Shown: positions 13,161 through 28,260, counted from the stretch's first letter. The stretch: DNA of 64,000 nucleotides from Ranitomeya imitator (GCF_032444005.1 NC_091282.1:735816001-735880000), one strand, 5' to 3'. Program-made: numbers and translations. The notes: generated from the sequence alone by a model not told the origin.

Positions 13161-13869
13161 TAATTTTTTTTCTTTGAGGCCTCCTCCAAAACTCTTTAAG
13201 CCCCTTTCAATGTTTTTCTACCACCAACTTACCTGTCTTCTAACGTGCAAAAGATGAGACCCTAATGGCAGTAATTTCATGACTTGTTTGTGCTGGTGCT
13301 GTCAATCAGTTGTACATCTTCTTTTGTTTTTCTTCTTTTTTTTTCATATCTGCCTTTGAGGTGGGCACCAAGTGGTCAACTGCAATTTGGTGTCCAACAG
13401 TCTTAAAATTCTTCTAAATGCTTGCTGTCATTTCAGTAAACTTTCCATAAATCAGTAGTACAAACAAATATAATAAACTTATTTATTCTCGAATAAATAT
13501 TATTTTTCCATTTATTTGAGTTGTCTCTTATACCCTGCCATCTTCTACCTGAACTTCTCATTCACTTTCAAAAACTCAGGTATCAGGTTACATGCTCCCC
13601 ATAGATGTCTACTAACAGAGAAAGGCAGTAACAGCATGCTGAGGAAAAATCTAATAGATTAGGGATTGACAAAAAGCGCATATAGGGCATTAACCATTTT
13701 ATTTTGCGCTCACCTTGTGATGCTGTGAAACAGCAATTGAATAGCCTTCGATAATAATATGCCAGGATAGACCAACGTTGATATGTATCAAAGGGAGAAA
13801 TGCGGTTGTACTGTGCTGATGGTAAGGAATTGACAGGATTCAAATGAATAGATTGTAGTGTATTTCCAT

Positions 13870-16460
13870 ACATGCATGCATTAGACCTGGTCTTCACCCG
13901 TCTCTGCTCTCCATCTAATTTCACCACCTCCCCTCTCCCTCTATCCGACCACCATCTGCTCACTTTCTCATCCCTGTCGTCCTCAATGGTCACCCATGTC
14001 CAGCAACATGCGCACCCCCGCAGAAACCTCGCACACCTAGACACCCACACACTCTCTGACTCTATCCTACCACTGGCATCCATATCCAAACTCCATGACA
14101 CATCTACTGCTTTCTACAATGCCACTCTCGCATCAGCTATTGGAATGGTTGCCCCTCTCGTTCATGGCAGAGTGCGACGTATCAATAGACAATCCTGGCA
14201 CAATAACACCACTAAAAAGCTCTGGCAAGTGTCCAGGGTTGCAGAGAGGCTCGCAAGACGACTTCACTTCTTTCAAACCGGCAATACTCGCTTTCAAATC
14301 TGCTCTCACCTCTGCTAAACAGGCCTACTTCACAACCCTCGTATCTTCCCTATCCTACAACCCCAAACAGTTATTCAAAACCTTTAACTCCCTCCTCCGC
14401 CCCCCACTGCCCCCTCCAACCTCCCTCATCTCTGCTGAGGACATTGCCACACACTTTAAAAATAAGATCGACCAAACAAGGCAAGTCTTCATTGTTCAAC
14501 CACCACAACCCTTTGGTATACCAGACCAATGCCCAGACCCCATAACCTCCATATCCAATAACACTGAAGGGGAGCTTAATTGTCTCCTCTCCAATTTGCA
14601 CCCCACCACCTGTGCACTTGACCCGATCCCATCCCACCTCCTTCCCAACCTCACCACCACTCTTATCCCATCCCTAACCCACCTTTTCAACCTATCACTA
14701 ACCCCTGGCACCTTCCCTTCTTCTTTCAAATATGCCACAGTCACGCCTATCCTTAAAGAGCCAACCCCTGATCCAACTGCCATGTCCAGCTATCGCCCAA
14801 TATCGCTGCTCCCTTTCGCTTCAAAACTCCTTGAGCAGCATGTCCATGCTCAACTTTCCTCCCACCTCTCATCTAACTCTCTCCTTGACGACCTCCAATC
14901 TGGCTTCCACCCCCACCACTCCACCGAAACTGCCCTGACAAAAATTGCTAATGACTTATTCACAGCCATAGCTAACACAGTTCTCCTTCCTCCTCCTTCT
15001 CGACCTGTCCTCTGCCTTTGACACAGTCGACCACTGCCTACTACTACAGATTCTTTCTTCCCTTGGCATCAAAGACCTTGCCCTGTCCTGGATTGCCTCA
15101 TACTTTTCTGACCGCACATTTAGCATTTCCCACTCCAACACTACCTCCTCATCCCGCCCACTCTGTTGGAGTCCTCCAAGGCTCTGTTCTACGACCCCTA
15201 CTCTTCTCAATCTATACACTTGGCCTGGGACAACTCATAAAGTCTCATGGATTCCAGTACCACCTTTATGCTGATGACACTCAGATCTACCTCTCTGGCC
15301 CAGACGTCACCTCTCTGCTGTCCAGAATCCTAGAGTGTCTATCAGCCATATCCTCCTTCACTCGCTTTCTCAAACTCATCATCTATCTTCCTTCTCATAG
15401 ATCTTACCTGACCTATCTTTCGCAATTAACAACATTACACTCTCCCCCGTACCGGAAGTCCGCTGCCTCGAAGTAACCATTGACTCTGCCCTGTCATTTA
15501 AATCTGCCCATCCAAGCTCTTTCCACCTTCTGTTGCATCCAGCTCAAAAATATCTCCAGAATCCATCCTTTCCTCAACCGTCAATCTACTAAAATGCTTG
15601 TGCATGCCCTCATCTCCCACCTTAACTACTGCAACATCCTTTTCTGTGGCCTCCCTGCTAACACCCTTGCACCTTCTCCAGTCCATTGTTATCTCTCCTC
15701 GATACTCCTCCGCTTCCCCTCTCTGCAAATCTCTTCACTGGCTCCCATTCCCTCAGCGTCTCCAGTTCAAATTACTAATACTTTTGTTTTTTCTTTTCAA
15801 TGGTCTTTTTATTGAATGTATAATAGGTACAGAAACAAGAAAAACAGAATTAAATGCAACAGATTATCTTTACTTTACAAGCAGCAAATATCCCACCCTG
15901 TTTTAATTCAAGCACAACAGCACAGGGTTGTACTATAGGATAGAATATTAAACAGTGTGTTCAAATTACTAATACTGACCTACAAACCCATCCATAACCT
16001 GTCTCCTCCATATATCTCTGAACTAATCTCCCAATATCTTCTCTCATGCAATCTCCGGTCCTCCTAAGACCTCCTTCTCCCCTCCACACTTATCCGCTCC
16101 TCACCCAACCGCCTCCAAGACTTCTCCATAATATTCCCCATCCTCTGGAATTCTTTGCCTTCAGACGGAACCTGAAAACCCACCTCTTCAGGAAAGCCTA
16201 CAGCCTGCACTGAGCCCGCTGCCTCCTCACCACTACCGGAGATACCGCCTCACCAACACCGGAGCTGCTGCAACCCTCAACCTATTGTCTCCTTCCCCAC
16301 CATCCTGTAGAATGTAAGCCCGCAAGGGCAGGGTCCTCGCCCCTCTGTATCAGTCTGTCATTGTTAGTTTGCTTACTGTAAGTGATATCTGTAGTTTGTA
16401 TGTAACCTCTTCTCATGTACAGCACCATGGAATCACTGGTTCTATAGAAATAAATAATAA
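13870..16460 (+). mobile_element. 5'-truncated, frameshifted L2 LINE
   Basis: APE C-terminus (LDLVFT...LSDHHLLTF) and RT motifs [31 protein letters not shown]2-type 3' tail ending aataaataataa. Confidence 0.9.
15783..15958 (-). mobile_element. Short retro-inserted fragment (probable L1/Tx1 3' end) inside the L2
   Basis: Flanked by the 18-bp direct repeat GTTCAAATTACTAATACT (15765-15782, 15959-15976). T-rich tail and TTTATT (AATAAA on minus) at the left end. Confidence 0.7.
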
Positions 16461-18019
16461 ATTCCAACATGTTTCTAGGTCAAACAGACCTTTGAATATA
16501 GTGATTCCCATGAGGAAGAGGTCCATTCAACCTAGAAATATGTTAGGAATAACCTACAATCTATTTCTATTCTTCTGAATCCTGTGAATTATTATCCAGC
16601 AGCACAACACACCCGCATTTCTCCCTTTGGTACATACTGAGGGATGCAGAGACACTTGTACAGGTGGGCTGTTTTCCTGCAAGTTTTCTATTTCATTCCA
16701 GTGCTGGCTTCACATCTACCCTGCTCAATACTGTTGTATGTATAGTTATGGGATGCAGATCTTGAACAGATTTACTGCATCACTCCATTTACTTCAGTGA
16801 AGCTCTAATATAAGAGGCGGCTCAGTGTGAACAGGGATTATATGTTGAGGTTTCCAGATATCAGAAAACTAGCTTGGTCGACTGCTATCTCTCCTGGCCC
16901 ACACTCTGTTTGACTGGATGTACATGTGCTTCCAATGGGGAGAGTGGAATAAAATGCTTCTAGACAGAGGCTAATCTCCCACATACAGTAGAATTGTAAT
17001 CTAACATGCCCCATCTGGGTACACTAATCGGTCATGGTACACAATGAAAGCACCAGATGGGCAATGTTGTTACTCTACAAGTGTAGAGCATAGCTAGGTT
17101 TATTCAGTGCATTTATCAGGGGTTGTCTTTCTAGAAATATGTAATGTTACAGGTCTATGTGTACGTGATGGTGTTTAGCCATGCCGAGGGTGCACTGAGC
17201 CCCATAATTTGCATTAAATGTAAAAGAGGAAAATAATTGTACCTGTTAGATCTGAAGTATTATCTGACATGAAAAATAGTAGTGAGTAATAGAAAACCCC
17301 ATTACATGGAAAATCAAGGCTTTTATTTCCATCTCATACATAAGTCATATCCATAGGAGATTTATATTGTAGGTATATGGTGGTCCTGTGCGAAAGATTG
17401 GGTGTACAAAAAGGTTGGATGCACGCCATTAGACTAAAACTATTAACATATTTGAAGTGCCAAATATCTCAATATTTCTATATCTACAGGATATTACATA
17501 AATGCGGATCCCACTGACTGACCTGCAGCTATTCCGAGAACCGGTCAGTGGAGAGGTGGTTGGAATTTCCATGCAAATTAATGAGATTCAGACCACCTCT
17601 CCATTGGCAGTAGTGGGCAATCGGGCTCCGTTCTCACAATAAACGTGGGTGCCATGTGCTGTGGATATGCCATAAATGTACAAGATGGAAATAACCCCTT
17701 TCAACAGATCTGACACTATCACTAGTGGACACAATGTACAATAAAAAGATCTTTGAGTCCATGGCTTCAAAAATTACCAGACTCATACCTCGTTGTTACC
17801 ATCAGTTTCTTCTGAATGGTTTTCAACTTTTCTAAAAACTATATCCACTCTGATCAAAGTAACATTTTTGAGAAACCAGCTAGAAGATGTTTTATGATGC
17901 TAATGATGTTGGAAAAGGTTACAAAACCATGTCTCAAAAGTGTGGCCTCCATCAGTCCATTGTCAGCCAAATAGCTTCCAGATGTCATGTTTTACCCACG
18001 AGATTGCTTTATGCTTAAA

Positions 18020-18400
18020 GGGAACCTGTCACCCCCCCCCCCCCCAGGCGTTTAAAACTAAAAGAGCCACCTTGTGCAGCAGTAATGCTGCATTCTGACA
18101 AGGTGGCTCTTTTAGTTATTGGTGCTGTAAATGCAGAAATAATCCGTTTTGTAATTTGTCCGAAATACCGGTCTTCAGTCCTGGAGGCAGGCCTTTCCCC
18201 CCCCCCCCCTGCTGCAGACGCCTCACGACCGTCACTCAAGTCGTCTTGGCGCCGGGCGCCGCCTCCTCAGCGCTGTTTGTTTTGAAATCTGCCGACACCT
18301 GCGCTCTTTTGTCATGCCTGGGGCAGGCGCAGATGCAATGGGAAAACAGTTACATATCAGATTTATGTTTGGGATTTGCCAAAACATATAGAAAATCCAA
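18020..18400. mobile_element. Truncated T2/Kolobok-type TTAA MITE
   Basis: TTAA + AGGGAACCTGTCA terminus, as at 33959. No matching right end seen. Confidence 0.55.
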
Positions 18401-21400
18401 ATATTTGCAGTTGTAATTAAAGTGGTCTTCTCAGCACCTCGGCAGAGGACCAACCATTGTGGCACCTAAGTCTAGACAGTGCGTATATGTATGAAAAATT
18501 TTTAAAGAGAAAAGTACATTAATTTTGTCCCCCTTATCCTTTATGTCTAAGGCACATAAGCCTACATCCAGTATGGGTATGGTTTTTAACCTGTTCTATC
18601 TGACTTTGTGATGGACCTGCGATCTAACCATTTCCATCTGTCTTCAGATGGTTGACCTTTTGATACCTGATCAATCCCTGAGTGAAGTCTTTACATATTT
18701 GCAGTGCTCACTGTTGGATTTGCTAAGCCGCTACACACCAGATGTTAGGTGGTTATTGAACCCTTATTTTAAACATTTTAATGTGGATTATAGACAAAAC
18801 ATTCAAGAAGAGTAATTCAATCACCAGCTCGTACGGACCAGAGGAGGAAGCTCCAATAGTCTCCATGCTGTATAATGATGAGTTCCCCTGAGCAAAGGTC
18901 CTTGAAGGTCAATTAGTCTCTTTACAATACATCACATTAGACTGAAACTAAAGATGCAGAAAGCAACTTGCAGATTCCTAAATATAAAAAATATGTAGAC
19001 TGTTGCTAAAATGGCAATTGATTTCTTGGAAGTCTTGACACTGTGACCACTTTCAGAAGAATAACAGTTCTTTGACAACCCCACATATCCCAAGCAAAAT
19101 GGTTAAAGGTGGCCAAGAAAGAGATATGGAGGAGAAAGCAAGCTGGGCAGGCACTCTACATAAAAATCTGGGAATTTTAGGGAAACATCTGAGTGACAGC
19201 GCTGTATATCATAAGAGTATATAACTAGAAAATTTCCCCTGGCCACTTGTTTTTTTACTCTGCGATTCATGCACTTGGGTTCATCTATAGAACTGGAGTT
19301 TGATTTGACCGTCTCTGTAGACTTCTTCGGTGACGGACTTGCTGTTTACTTCTGCATACACTTGGCTGCTTAATGAGTCTTTGGAAGAATGATCATACCT
19401 CTGTTTTCTTTTTGTATGACCATCAAATGTTCTCTGCGGCATTCTCATTCTCAGAAGAATTCCTCACGTTGTTTTATGTTGGTCTGGGAAAGTGCTTGAC
19501 TACAATGTTCTTGGCTTTGCTTGTTGTAGGCCTTTTATACATATTCTGTATTTCAGTCTTTAAGAGCGTCAATGACTTTAGCAGAAGACTTGCATCCAAG
19601 CTGACGGTTATACGATACTGCGTAGGATGTATTAAGATCCTGCTGCTATTTAATTTAATATATATTCCGATATGAGGAGCCGAGTTTGGAGATGTTTTCT
19701 GCTGGTCTATTTGTTCTCTTTCAATGGTTTAACAATGAGTGGTTTTATTTAGGAGTCAGTCCTGGTAGTTTGATAGCAAGTTTATTGCCCCAGCATGCTA
19801 GTGAGACGTTAGGACCAGTACTGAACATAAGTGAATAAGGGTTGTACGTGTGCTCTATTGGGGCATATTGGTTAGTCGCTGATTAGAGGATTAGATGTCT
19901 TCTAGGTTGTGTGCATGTAGACTTGGTTACCGCATTTCAAAAGTGATGACAACTCTCTGCGAAGGTAGAAGGTATGTTAAAAAACTGTATACTTAAATGG
20001 CTTGAGCTCCATTTTTCTATTATGCAGCTTTAAATCCTGTGCAAGGGCACATATCTAAAAAGGTAGCATTTGAGCCGCCTACAGCCACCACTGTACAGGG
20101 CTTAATGCTTTTTTTTTTTTTTTTTATTTTTTTTAAGGACCTTTCTTTTTGTTTGTTTTTTTTGTGAATTTATTTTTTATTCACCAAACTTTATTTTAAA
20201 ATAGTGTCAATAAATAGACACCATAAAACTACTCTTGCACCATCAATCTGGTGGTCTACACCAGTCCTGCAGTGATGATGTCTGATGCACCATTGATGTG
20301 ATCACTGTGTTCTATCTCTTGCTACATGTTATTGTACTGCCAGTGATAAATTCAACTTAATTGTGAGTCTATACACTGATTAGCTGCAGAGTTATAAAAC
20401 TACCCTGACTGACTAGATTTTTTTCAGCTACTAATATTTGGCAGGTTGAAACCTGTCACAAGCAGGAGGCAGGGTAGACAGACTGAGGCTGCATGACATG
20501 AACACTTTGCAGTCTGAGCCAGATAAAAGCAGTTCTATAGTTCTATATCATTTGTATAAAGCTGGCCAGAAATATTATATTAATGTCAGGCAAGCCTGAC
20601 AATTTTGGCAGGACCTACTAACTATCTAATGTGTATAAGGTCCTCCCAACATTTCCTGGTGACAGAAGGAAAAAGGACTGGGCAGTCTGATTTCAACATG
20701 TCAAATTTTTTTGTCCTCAGGGGAGCTTAGGGGAAATAATCCACCACTAGAGGTGTCTAGTAGTGGTTTACTTACACTGCATTAGCTCTGAAAATCCAGA
20801 AGAATAATTGGAAATGCAGGCTACATTACAGGAATCAAATGAGGGGAAGTAGCCAAGATGGCAGATGACTCCTAAACGGGACATCAAATAAAAGGCGTAA
20901 TCACAAGCGTCTCTACTACAATATGAGAATGGGTCTGTTTGTTGAGACCCCCACCGATCATCAAAATGATATAAATGGTGCTGCGGTGCACATGTGTATA
21001 GATGCCCCAGCCATAGGACTGTCCAAGATAGCTCTTTACTGGGTTATCTGAGGCTGGCCCATCAAAAATTAATTTAGTGGTAACGGACATGTTCAGCTGT
21101 CTCTCCATTGAAATGAGAGGAGCAGGGCACATCTGGTCGGTAACACATCTTGTGGAGTGACCCTTTAATAGTCTATACAGGATCTACATCATTAGTAAAC
21201 ATTTGAGGTTGGAAAATGGAGCTAGAATATTACAAAAGTCACTGGCAAAACAATTTGGACTAAAAACCAAGTAGTGGAATTATACAGCCATCCATCTGCT
21301 GATTTTGCAGTTGGATATGATTGCTATAAATGCTGAGAACATCTGTTCCAAGCGAATGATTTTATCTATTACATAGTGGTTAAATAAAATACCAAAGCGC

Positions 21401-22299
21401 ATCTCTGCCCTTCTCTGCCCTGCCACCGGCGAGTCAGGCGCCTTTCCTGCCCCATATTATCTGTGCAGATCCTAGTTCGCGGCTGCACACGTAGTTCTTT
21501 AAGTATAGTAGACTGGTTGTAAAACTCAATTTTTCTTCCAACCAGAAATGACAAAATGTGATGAAGAAAAGCCAACACCAACTTTTCCGAGCCGCCAGCA
21601 AACTATTCCGCACCCACTGACACAGTAACAGTAATATCGTGGAGCTGTCCCTTGTTGGACAGGGGTTTGTGCAGAATCTGTCTATGCTATTAGACACTGG
21701 AAATTAAAGGTAGACCGCTTATAAAGCGGAGACATATTTTTTCTTTCTCCGCCCATCTGGGGGTACTAATGTGGGCTCTGTAACAGCGAAGGGTCCCAGG
21801 AGTGCGATAAATGCACAGAATATGGAAAATGTTGAAAGAAGCCTAGAGGAAGTCTGCTTGCATGGTGTAGTTAGTTATATTAAATCTTGGCTGCTGCGAG
21901 AGCACACCACTAAATTAACCTCAAAAGCTGGCCATGACGGCAAAATACCCATAGTAATTGTTTTTGTTGGCTTTTACCTTCAATATTAACTCATCGATCT
22001 TTACATGAACCTCTGCGCTTGGAATGCTCGTCTGGCCGAGTTATTTTTTTTTTCCCTAATTTTTTTCTTCAAACTTTTTTTTTTATGCAATCATGGAAAA
22101 ATATGTTTCTGCTCGGAGCAGTTGTCAAACAAGTTTCTTTCATCGACAATCAGACGTAAGGCAGCTGAATGGAGCTGTTTAGTCTGGAAGGCATGCCCAG
22201 GAGATTACATTCACTGTAGGAAATGTAATTATACAGAATACTCTTTTTGGAGGGTGGGATTTAAAATTTTGTAAATCCCAGTGTTTACCCATATGAAAA

Positions 22300-22355
22300 A
22301 ATATTGTATACGGGACATTAATCTAAAAAACAAATTAGAAAGGTTTTTTTAATGT

Positions 22356-22392
<37 letters not shown>

Positions 22393-22570
22393 TTTTTATA
22401 GAATACATTAAGCTAAAAAAACAAACAAATGGGAGTGTTTTTTTTTTTATTTTTATACAGGACATTAAACTAATGAACAAATGGGAAAGTATTTTTTATT
22501 TTATTTTTATACAGGACATTGAGCTAAAAAACAAATGGGAAAGGTTTTTTTTAATATTTTTATTTTTTCA
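22300..22570. repeat. Degenerate ~70-bp AT-rich tandem repeat with an (ATT)n microsatellite
   Basis: Repeated atacaggacatta...aaacaaatggga motif and (ATT)n at ~22358-22393. Confidence 0.65.
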
Positions 22571-23464
22571 TTTTTTCTTAATGTAGTGGATGGTTAAATA
22601 CTTTGTGAAATAGTGAAAAAAAAAAAAAAAAACCTTGGAAATATTTACTCTCCATACATGAAGTATTGTCTTTCATGATGTATACGTCTTTCCTGTATTC
22701 ATGTGGATTCTTTTACTCCAAGTAATTACGTCTCGGGGGACCGCCACATTTTTATGCTTGGGTAAAAAAAAAAATGCTGCTTTCATCAATTCTGATTTTT
22801 CTTTTCTACAAGCTAATTTTAACCTGGGAGGAATAATACATCCGATCACTGGATTTAGTTTCTGACACTTATAACATATGTGTTTTTAATGCTTTTTTAT
22901 TATCTGCGATGTTCACCATTATGAGTTTATTGTCTTAAATTAGCAGTATAACATTTATACATAAATTATTTTATTGCTCAGCCTCAACGGGAAATACACA
23001 CTCACTTCTTCTCTCAGAACATAGTAGGGACAAGGAGATTTAAAGGGAACGTCCTATGAGTTCTGCCTAATGCAGGGTATGCTCTACTATGATATATAAT
23101 ATGACTTCTATACTTGTGCTGTATGAATTTCCATCAGCTCCAGCACTAGACATAATGCAGTCTATCTGTTCCTTTAAGGCTATGGTTACTTGGAAATGTA
23201 TAGTAGCGCAATAGCCCACAGAAATCAGTGGAGCCATGCTGAAAATGCTGCTCAATACAACAATGGAATCCTCAGGACTTGATGTATTGTCATAGTAGGT
23301 GCTGCCTTGATCAATAGGGGTGTCTGTCTAAATCACATGCTAATAAGTTAATTCTATTGTCTCGGTTATCGCCTGGTTTATGCTGCCCAATCTGAGACCT
23401 CTGGAGTCCTCTGTATTTGTGAGACACCGTATGTTGCCCACGTCCTCTTTTGCGGTGGTGATTA

Positions 23465-24141
23465 CCCTATATACTCGAGTATAAGCAAACCCGAGTATAA
23501 ACCGAGGCACCTAATTTTGCCATGGAAAACTGAGTAAGCTTATTGACTCGAGTAAAAGTCTGGTATGTATTGTCCCCTCATTCCTGTCCTGCTGTGCGTG
23601 GTTCCCCCCATCCTATCTTGCTCTGTGTGGCTCCCCCTGTTGTATGCATGGCTCCCCCGGTCCCCTCATTGTATACATGGCTCCCCCCGTCCCATCTTGT
23701 ATGTATGGCTCGGCTCCCCCCGTCCCATCCTTTTATACATGGGTCCCCCTGTCCCATCTTGTAGGCATGGCTCCCCCTGTCCCATCTTGTATGCATGGCT
23801 CCCCCTGTCCCATCTTAAATGCATGACTGGGCTCCCACGTCCTCCCCGTCATACTCGCTTCCTCGCACCGTCGCTGAACGTCCCTGCATCTCTGTTGTCC
23901 CAGTGCGGCAGCTTCTTCCTGTGCTGAGCGGTCACATGGTACTGCTCATTAAGGTCATGAATATGCGCTCTACGCCTATGGGAGTGGAGTCCCGTGCATA
24001 TTCATTACCTTAATGAATGGTACCACCTGACCGCTGAGCACAGGAACAGGAAAGAGCTGCCAGGACGGAGATGCAGCGACGGAGGGTGAGTATTGATATA
24101 ATAGGTGCTGAAAATCTCGGCTTTTACACGAGAATATAGGG
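23465..24141. mobile_element. Tc1/pogo-type MITE with internal minisatellite
   Basis: TIRs CCCTATATACTCGAGTATAAG / CTTTTACACGAGAATATAGGG, TA flanks, internal catggctcccc repeats at ~23570-23840. Confidence 0.75.
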
Positions 24142-24194
24142 TAACTGCTTTCTTTATATGCATTGTTTTTTTCCAATATATTTGACTTTTTATA

Positions 24195-24922
24195 CAGTAC
24201 TGTGCAAAAGTTGTAGACAGGTGTAGAAAAAATGCTGCAAAGTAAGAAGCTTTCATAAATGGTGTTAAGATTTTTTTTTTATAATCCGCTAACAAAATGA
24301 AAGAACAAACGAAAGATCTAAATCCCATCAATATTTGGTGTGATCAGCGTTTGCCTTTAAAACGCCAACACTTCTTCTAGGTACTTGAACTTTCACACTG
24401 TTTTTGAGGAAATCGGCTGGGAGATGGTTCCAAACATCTTGGAGAACTAACCACTGATCTTTTGTAAGCCTGTGCAAATCCTTGTGACTGATCATGTTGA
24501 GAATTACAGACAGATGCATATCCATCATGCAGTGCCATCAGGGAGGCATCTGATTGTCTCTAAATTCATTCTGTAGCTGGACAACGACCCTAAATATGCA
24601 GCCAATTTCATAAAGGACAAGGAGTCCGTTAAGTAGTGATTCAGCCCTCACAGAGCCCTGATCTCCGCATCATCCAGTCTGTCTGGCATTACTTGGAGAC
24701 ACAGAAGGATTTGCACAAGTGACATCCACAGAAGATCTGGGGTTAGTTCTCCTAGATGTTTGGAACAACCTCCCTACTAAAATGCTGTACAAGTACCTAG
24801 AAGAACACATTAACTTTGTAGTTTATTTTTTATCATTTAACAAAATATAAACACTACTTCTGAAAGCTTTGTGACTTTGCAGCATGTCTCCACACTTGCA
24901 TAAAACCTTTGCACATCACTTG
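24195..24922 (+). mobile_element. Internally deleted Tc1 element
   Basis: TA-CAGTACTGTGCAAAAG start and a degenerate inverted end. Residual DNDPK-like coding sequence at ~24580. Confidence 0.65.
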
Positions 24923-27039
24923 TACATATGCTGAAATATTGCAGTTTTCGCATTGGCTACTAGAACATGAAAGGTGAGGAATCTCCTCTTTCCTAGAGCT
25001 CACTTTTCAGACTGGGTCAGGGTCTGCAGAAGCCAGAGACATTAATAACGCTGACACTATACACACAAGGTTCTGTATGCTGCACCTCCACCACTCCCTG
25101 GTCTATAGGGGCCACATTTATACCATCTCTTCCCAAAGAGTATATTTGTCTTCTGACACTTGTCACACTCTGCTATACTGTCAGTGGGAAATGTCTGCCT
25201 CCAGTATGATGGCTGCCCCAGGAAAGCTTCCAAGCCTTCTCCAAACTTGTTTATGTCTTGAAATTAGTATAAAATATGTGATACATTTTCTTTTCATCTT
25301 GTATTTAACTTTTGGCCGTTTTAGGATTTTATCAACCTGAAAAACGAATGTTAGCCATGGAAATGAAGTGACATTCTAGACCTGTATTATGTGGCCTTGA
25401 CACATGAATCATTTCCTATGAATTGCATTTAATAAAGCTGAAATTAAAAAAAAATCTGACGTGTGGCTCGGTCTTAACAAATCACCAAAAGATGTTAAAG
25501 GATTTTCTCATCAAACACATGAGCCGTTAATGAAACAAGGTTTAGTAGATGACAAACATGTTTTATTCACCTCATAAGAACCTCCAATATTCCTCCTCAT
25601 CCTATGTGTTTATAGCACCCGAAATAAAAGCGGTGAAATATTGTTTGGAAAGAATGCCGATATGAAAGCATTCTTCATTTCACTCCTGCGAAGAAACCCT
25701 GGCCTTTCTTCAGACTAAAATTCAACCCTTATTATTCTTTGGATACAAGCGGCTTTAAATGCAACCACATATATTGCCGTCCTTAGGATGGAGGTAGGGA
25801 GGAAGCATGGTTTTCATTTGGTACAATTTCCTGCGGTTTGTGCTTCTAAACAAGATTCATATTTACACCAGCGAAAGTCGGCACAAAATCACTGCGCGAT
25901 CCATTTTATAGTCGCGGAGGAACGGCTCATAACTCAAAGTATTGAAGGCAGCGTTCGGATTCGTCACTTTCTGTATTGAGTGGTCCACAGAAGTGATGAA
26001 GACTGCGAAATAAAGATCCTGATCCATAAACACATCATACAAACAGCAGAGATGTGCAAAGATAAAAAAAAAAAAATAGTAAATCCGCCATAGGGGTTTG
26101 ACCATCCTCATTACTTCTTGTTTTGTTGTTTGTTTTGGTTCCTTCCCTTGAATTAAATAATTATTGTACTTTTTTTTTTTTTTTCCAACCAGATTGGTTA
26201 CAAATTTATCTGATAGTTCATTTTGATTTCAGTTGATACTTAACTATATAACATAACTGATAATTAACCCTGGCCAGGAAGGGTCTGGTAGTGGTCTACC
26301 CAGAGTTAGGGATTTGCTGGTTGATTGGACCAGTCATGGAAGCTGTTGAACTGGAATATAGAAAAAATGGCAAGACAGATTTGAACTTTCTTCAATTCTT
26401 AATTTCTAAAAATTCAATTTTAATTTCCAATATAGAACACTATTCTCGAATATTATAATGTAATAAACAATTTCCAGTTACCATATTCACTACAGTGGAC
26501 TCAGGTCAGTAGATTCGGTTTAGACGGTCCTCTTCACTCTAACAAGCAGGCACATGGGCAGAGACATCGTTCAGACACTGAGGGTCTGCGCCTGTCGTGG
26601 ACGTTTCAGAGGATCCTCTCCTTCCTCAAGCACACAGGTGATCATATTTGACAAGTCATGGTAACTGTTGAACGTGGAATATGGAAACTAACCCTTTTTG
26701 GACTCTCCAGTTTTGTGTCTTTACACTTTATCATTTTTTCTCACCTTCTTCCGAGAGACATAGTTGGGCTTGCTTTTGGCAGGACAAGCTGTATTTTGAA
26801 TGACACAATTCATTCTACTGTATCATGTGCTGTAAAATTAAATAAAAATTCCAAGTGAGGTCAAATTGTGAAGAAGAAAAAAAAGCAAAGAAACTGCAAT
26901 TTTACCATTGTTTATCAGGTTTTGTCTTTGTAAATTTCATGGCGCAGTAAAAGTGATTTGGAACTTGATTCTTCAAGTCAGTACCAGTATGGCGATACAA
27001 AAAAGTGTATAAAAAGCAGTTGAAAGAAGTATTTTTTTC

Positions 27040-28260
27040 TAAGTAAATATATTTCTAAAGGTGCTATTGACATGAAATATTCTCCCCAGATATTGGTAAC
27101 AGCCCATCCAATTCACACAGGCAAAGAAATCAAATCATAGATGTCCATAAATTATGTGTAATAATGAGAAATAACACCGGAAAAAGTATTGAACACATTA
27201 AGAAAGAGAGGTGCAAAAACCATGGAAAGTCATGACACCAGCTAAAATTTATCAGTAATCAGAGAAAGCAGTCCTGCAAATTAGTGAAAAATATCATCTG
27301 GTTCAACTGATATAAAAAGGTGTCTTATTACCGAGGTGCCACACAAGAAACATCTCATGATGGGTAAACCCAGTGAGCAGTCTCAAGACATTTGCAAGCT
27401 TATTGTTGAAAAACATACTGATTGCATTGGTTACAGAGGAATGTTTAAACTACTGAAGGTTCCAGTAAGCACTGTTAGGGCCATAATCCAGAAGTGGAAA
27501 GAGCATCATTTCAGCATAAACCGGCCAAGACTAGGTGCTCCCTGCAAGATTTCAGACAAATCGGTTAAAAGAATTATCAGAAGAGATGACCAAGAGCCAA
27601 GAACGACCTGTGGAAAGCTACAGAAAATCCGTGAATCAGCAGGTACAATTGTTTCAAAGAAAATTATAAATAATGCACTCAACCTTCATAGCCCCTATGG
27701 ATGCTCATGACACAAGACTACATTCCTAAACAAAAAGCATATTTAAATACATTTACAGTTTGCTCAACAACATTTAGACAAGCCTGTGAAACACTGGGAG
27801 AATATAGTCTGGTCAGATGAGGCTAAATTTGAACTCTTTGGATGTCATAATATACACTATGTGTGGAGACCAAAAGGCACTGCATGTTTCCACCAAAACA
27901 CCATACCAACAGTGAAGTTTGGAGCTGGGAGCATCATGGTGTTGGGCTGTTTTTCAGCTTACGGCACTGACAAACTTCATGTAATTGAAGGAAGGATGAA
28001 TGAACAAATGTACAGAGACATTCTTGATAAAAAAAAATCTGCTGCCATCTACCGGGATGATGAAGATAAAACTAGAATGTGCATTTCAGAAAGACAATGA
28101 TCCCAAACAAACAGCCAAAAAAACTCGAAAGCTCAGAGTTCATAGAAGGCGCCCATGGGACCTTAAGGATGTTAAGAGTGTTTGTGTGGAAGAATGGTCC
28201 AAAATCGCACCTGAGTAATGGCTGGGACTAGTTTCTCCATACAGGAGACATCTTGAATAG
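27040..28260 (+). mobile_element. Tc1 transposon with frameshifted transposase pseudogene
   Basis: ORFs 27336-27710 (HTH), 27786-28100 (WSDEAKFE...[12 protein letters not shown]) and 28000-28218 (DNDPK). Confidence 0.9.

Noticed and set aside
19373-19675. Hydrophobic 100-aa + ORF and a protein-like minus frame (YRITVSLDAS...)
   Set aside because: No supporting splice partners or homology could be recognised.
25680-25720. CTGAAGAA on the minus strand resembling a hammerhead core
   Set aside because: There is no stem II partner followed by GAAA at the required spacing.
25860-26660. Possible terminal exons on either strand
   Set aside because: Short open frames of uncertain phase that cannot be tied to a gene.
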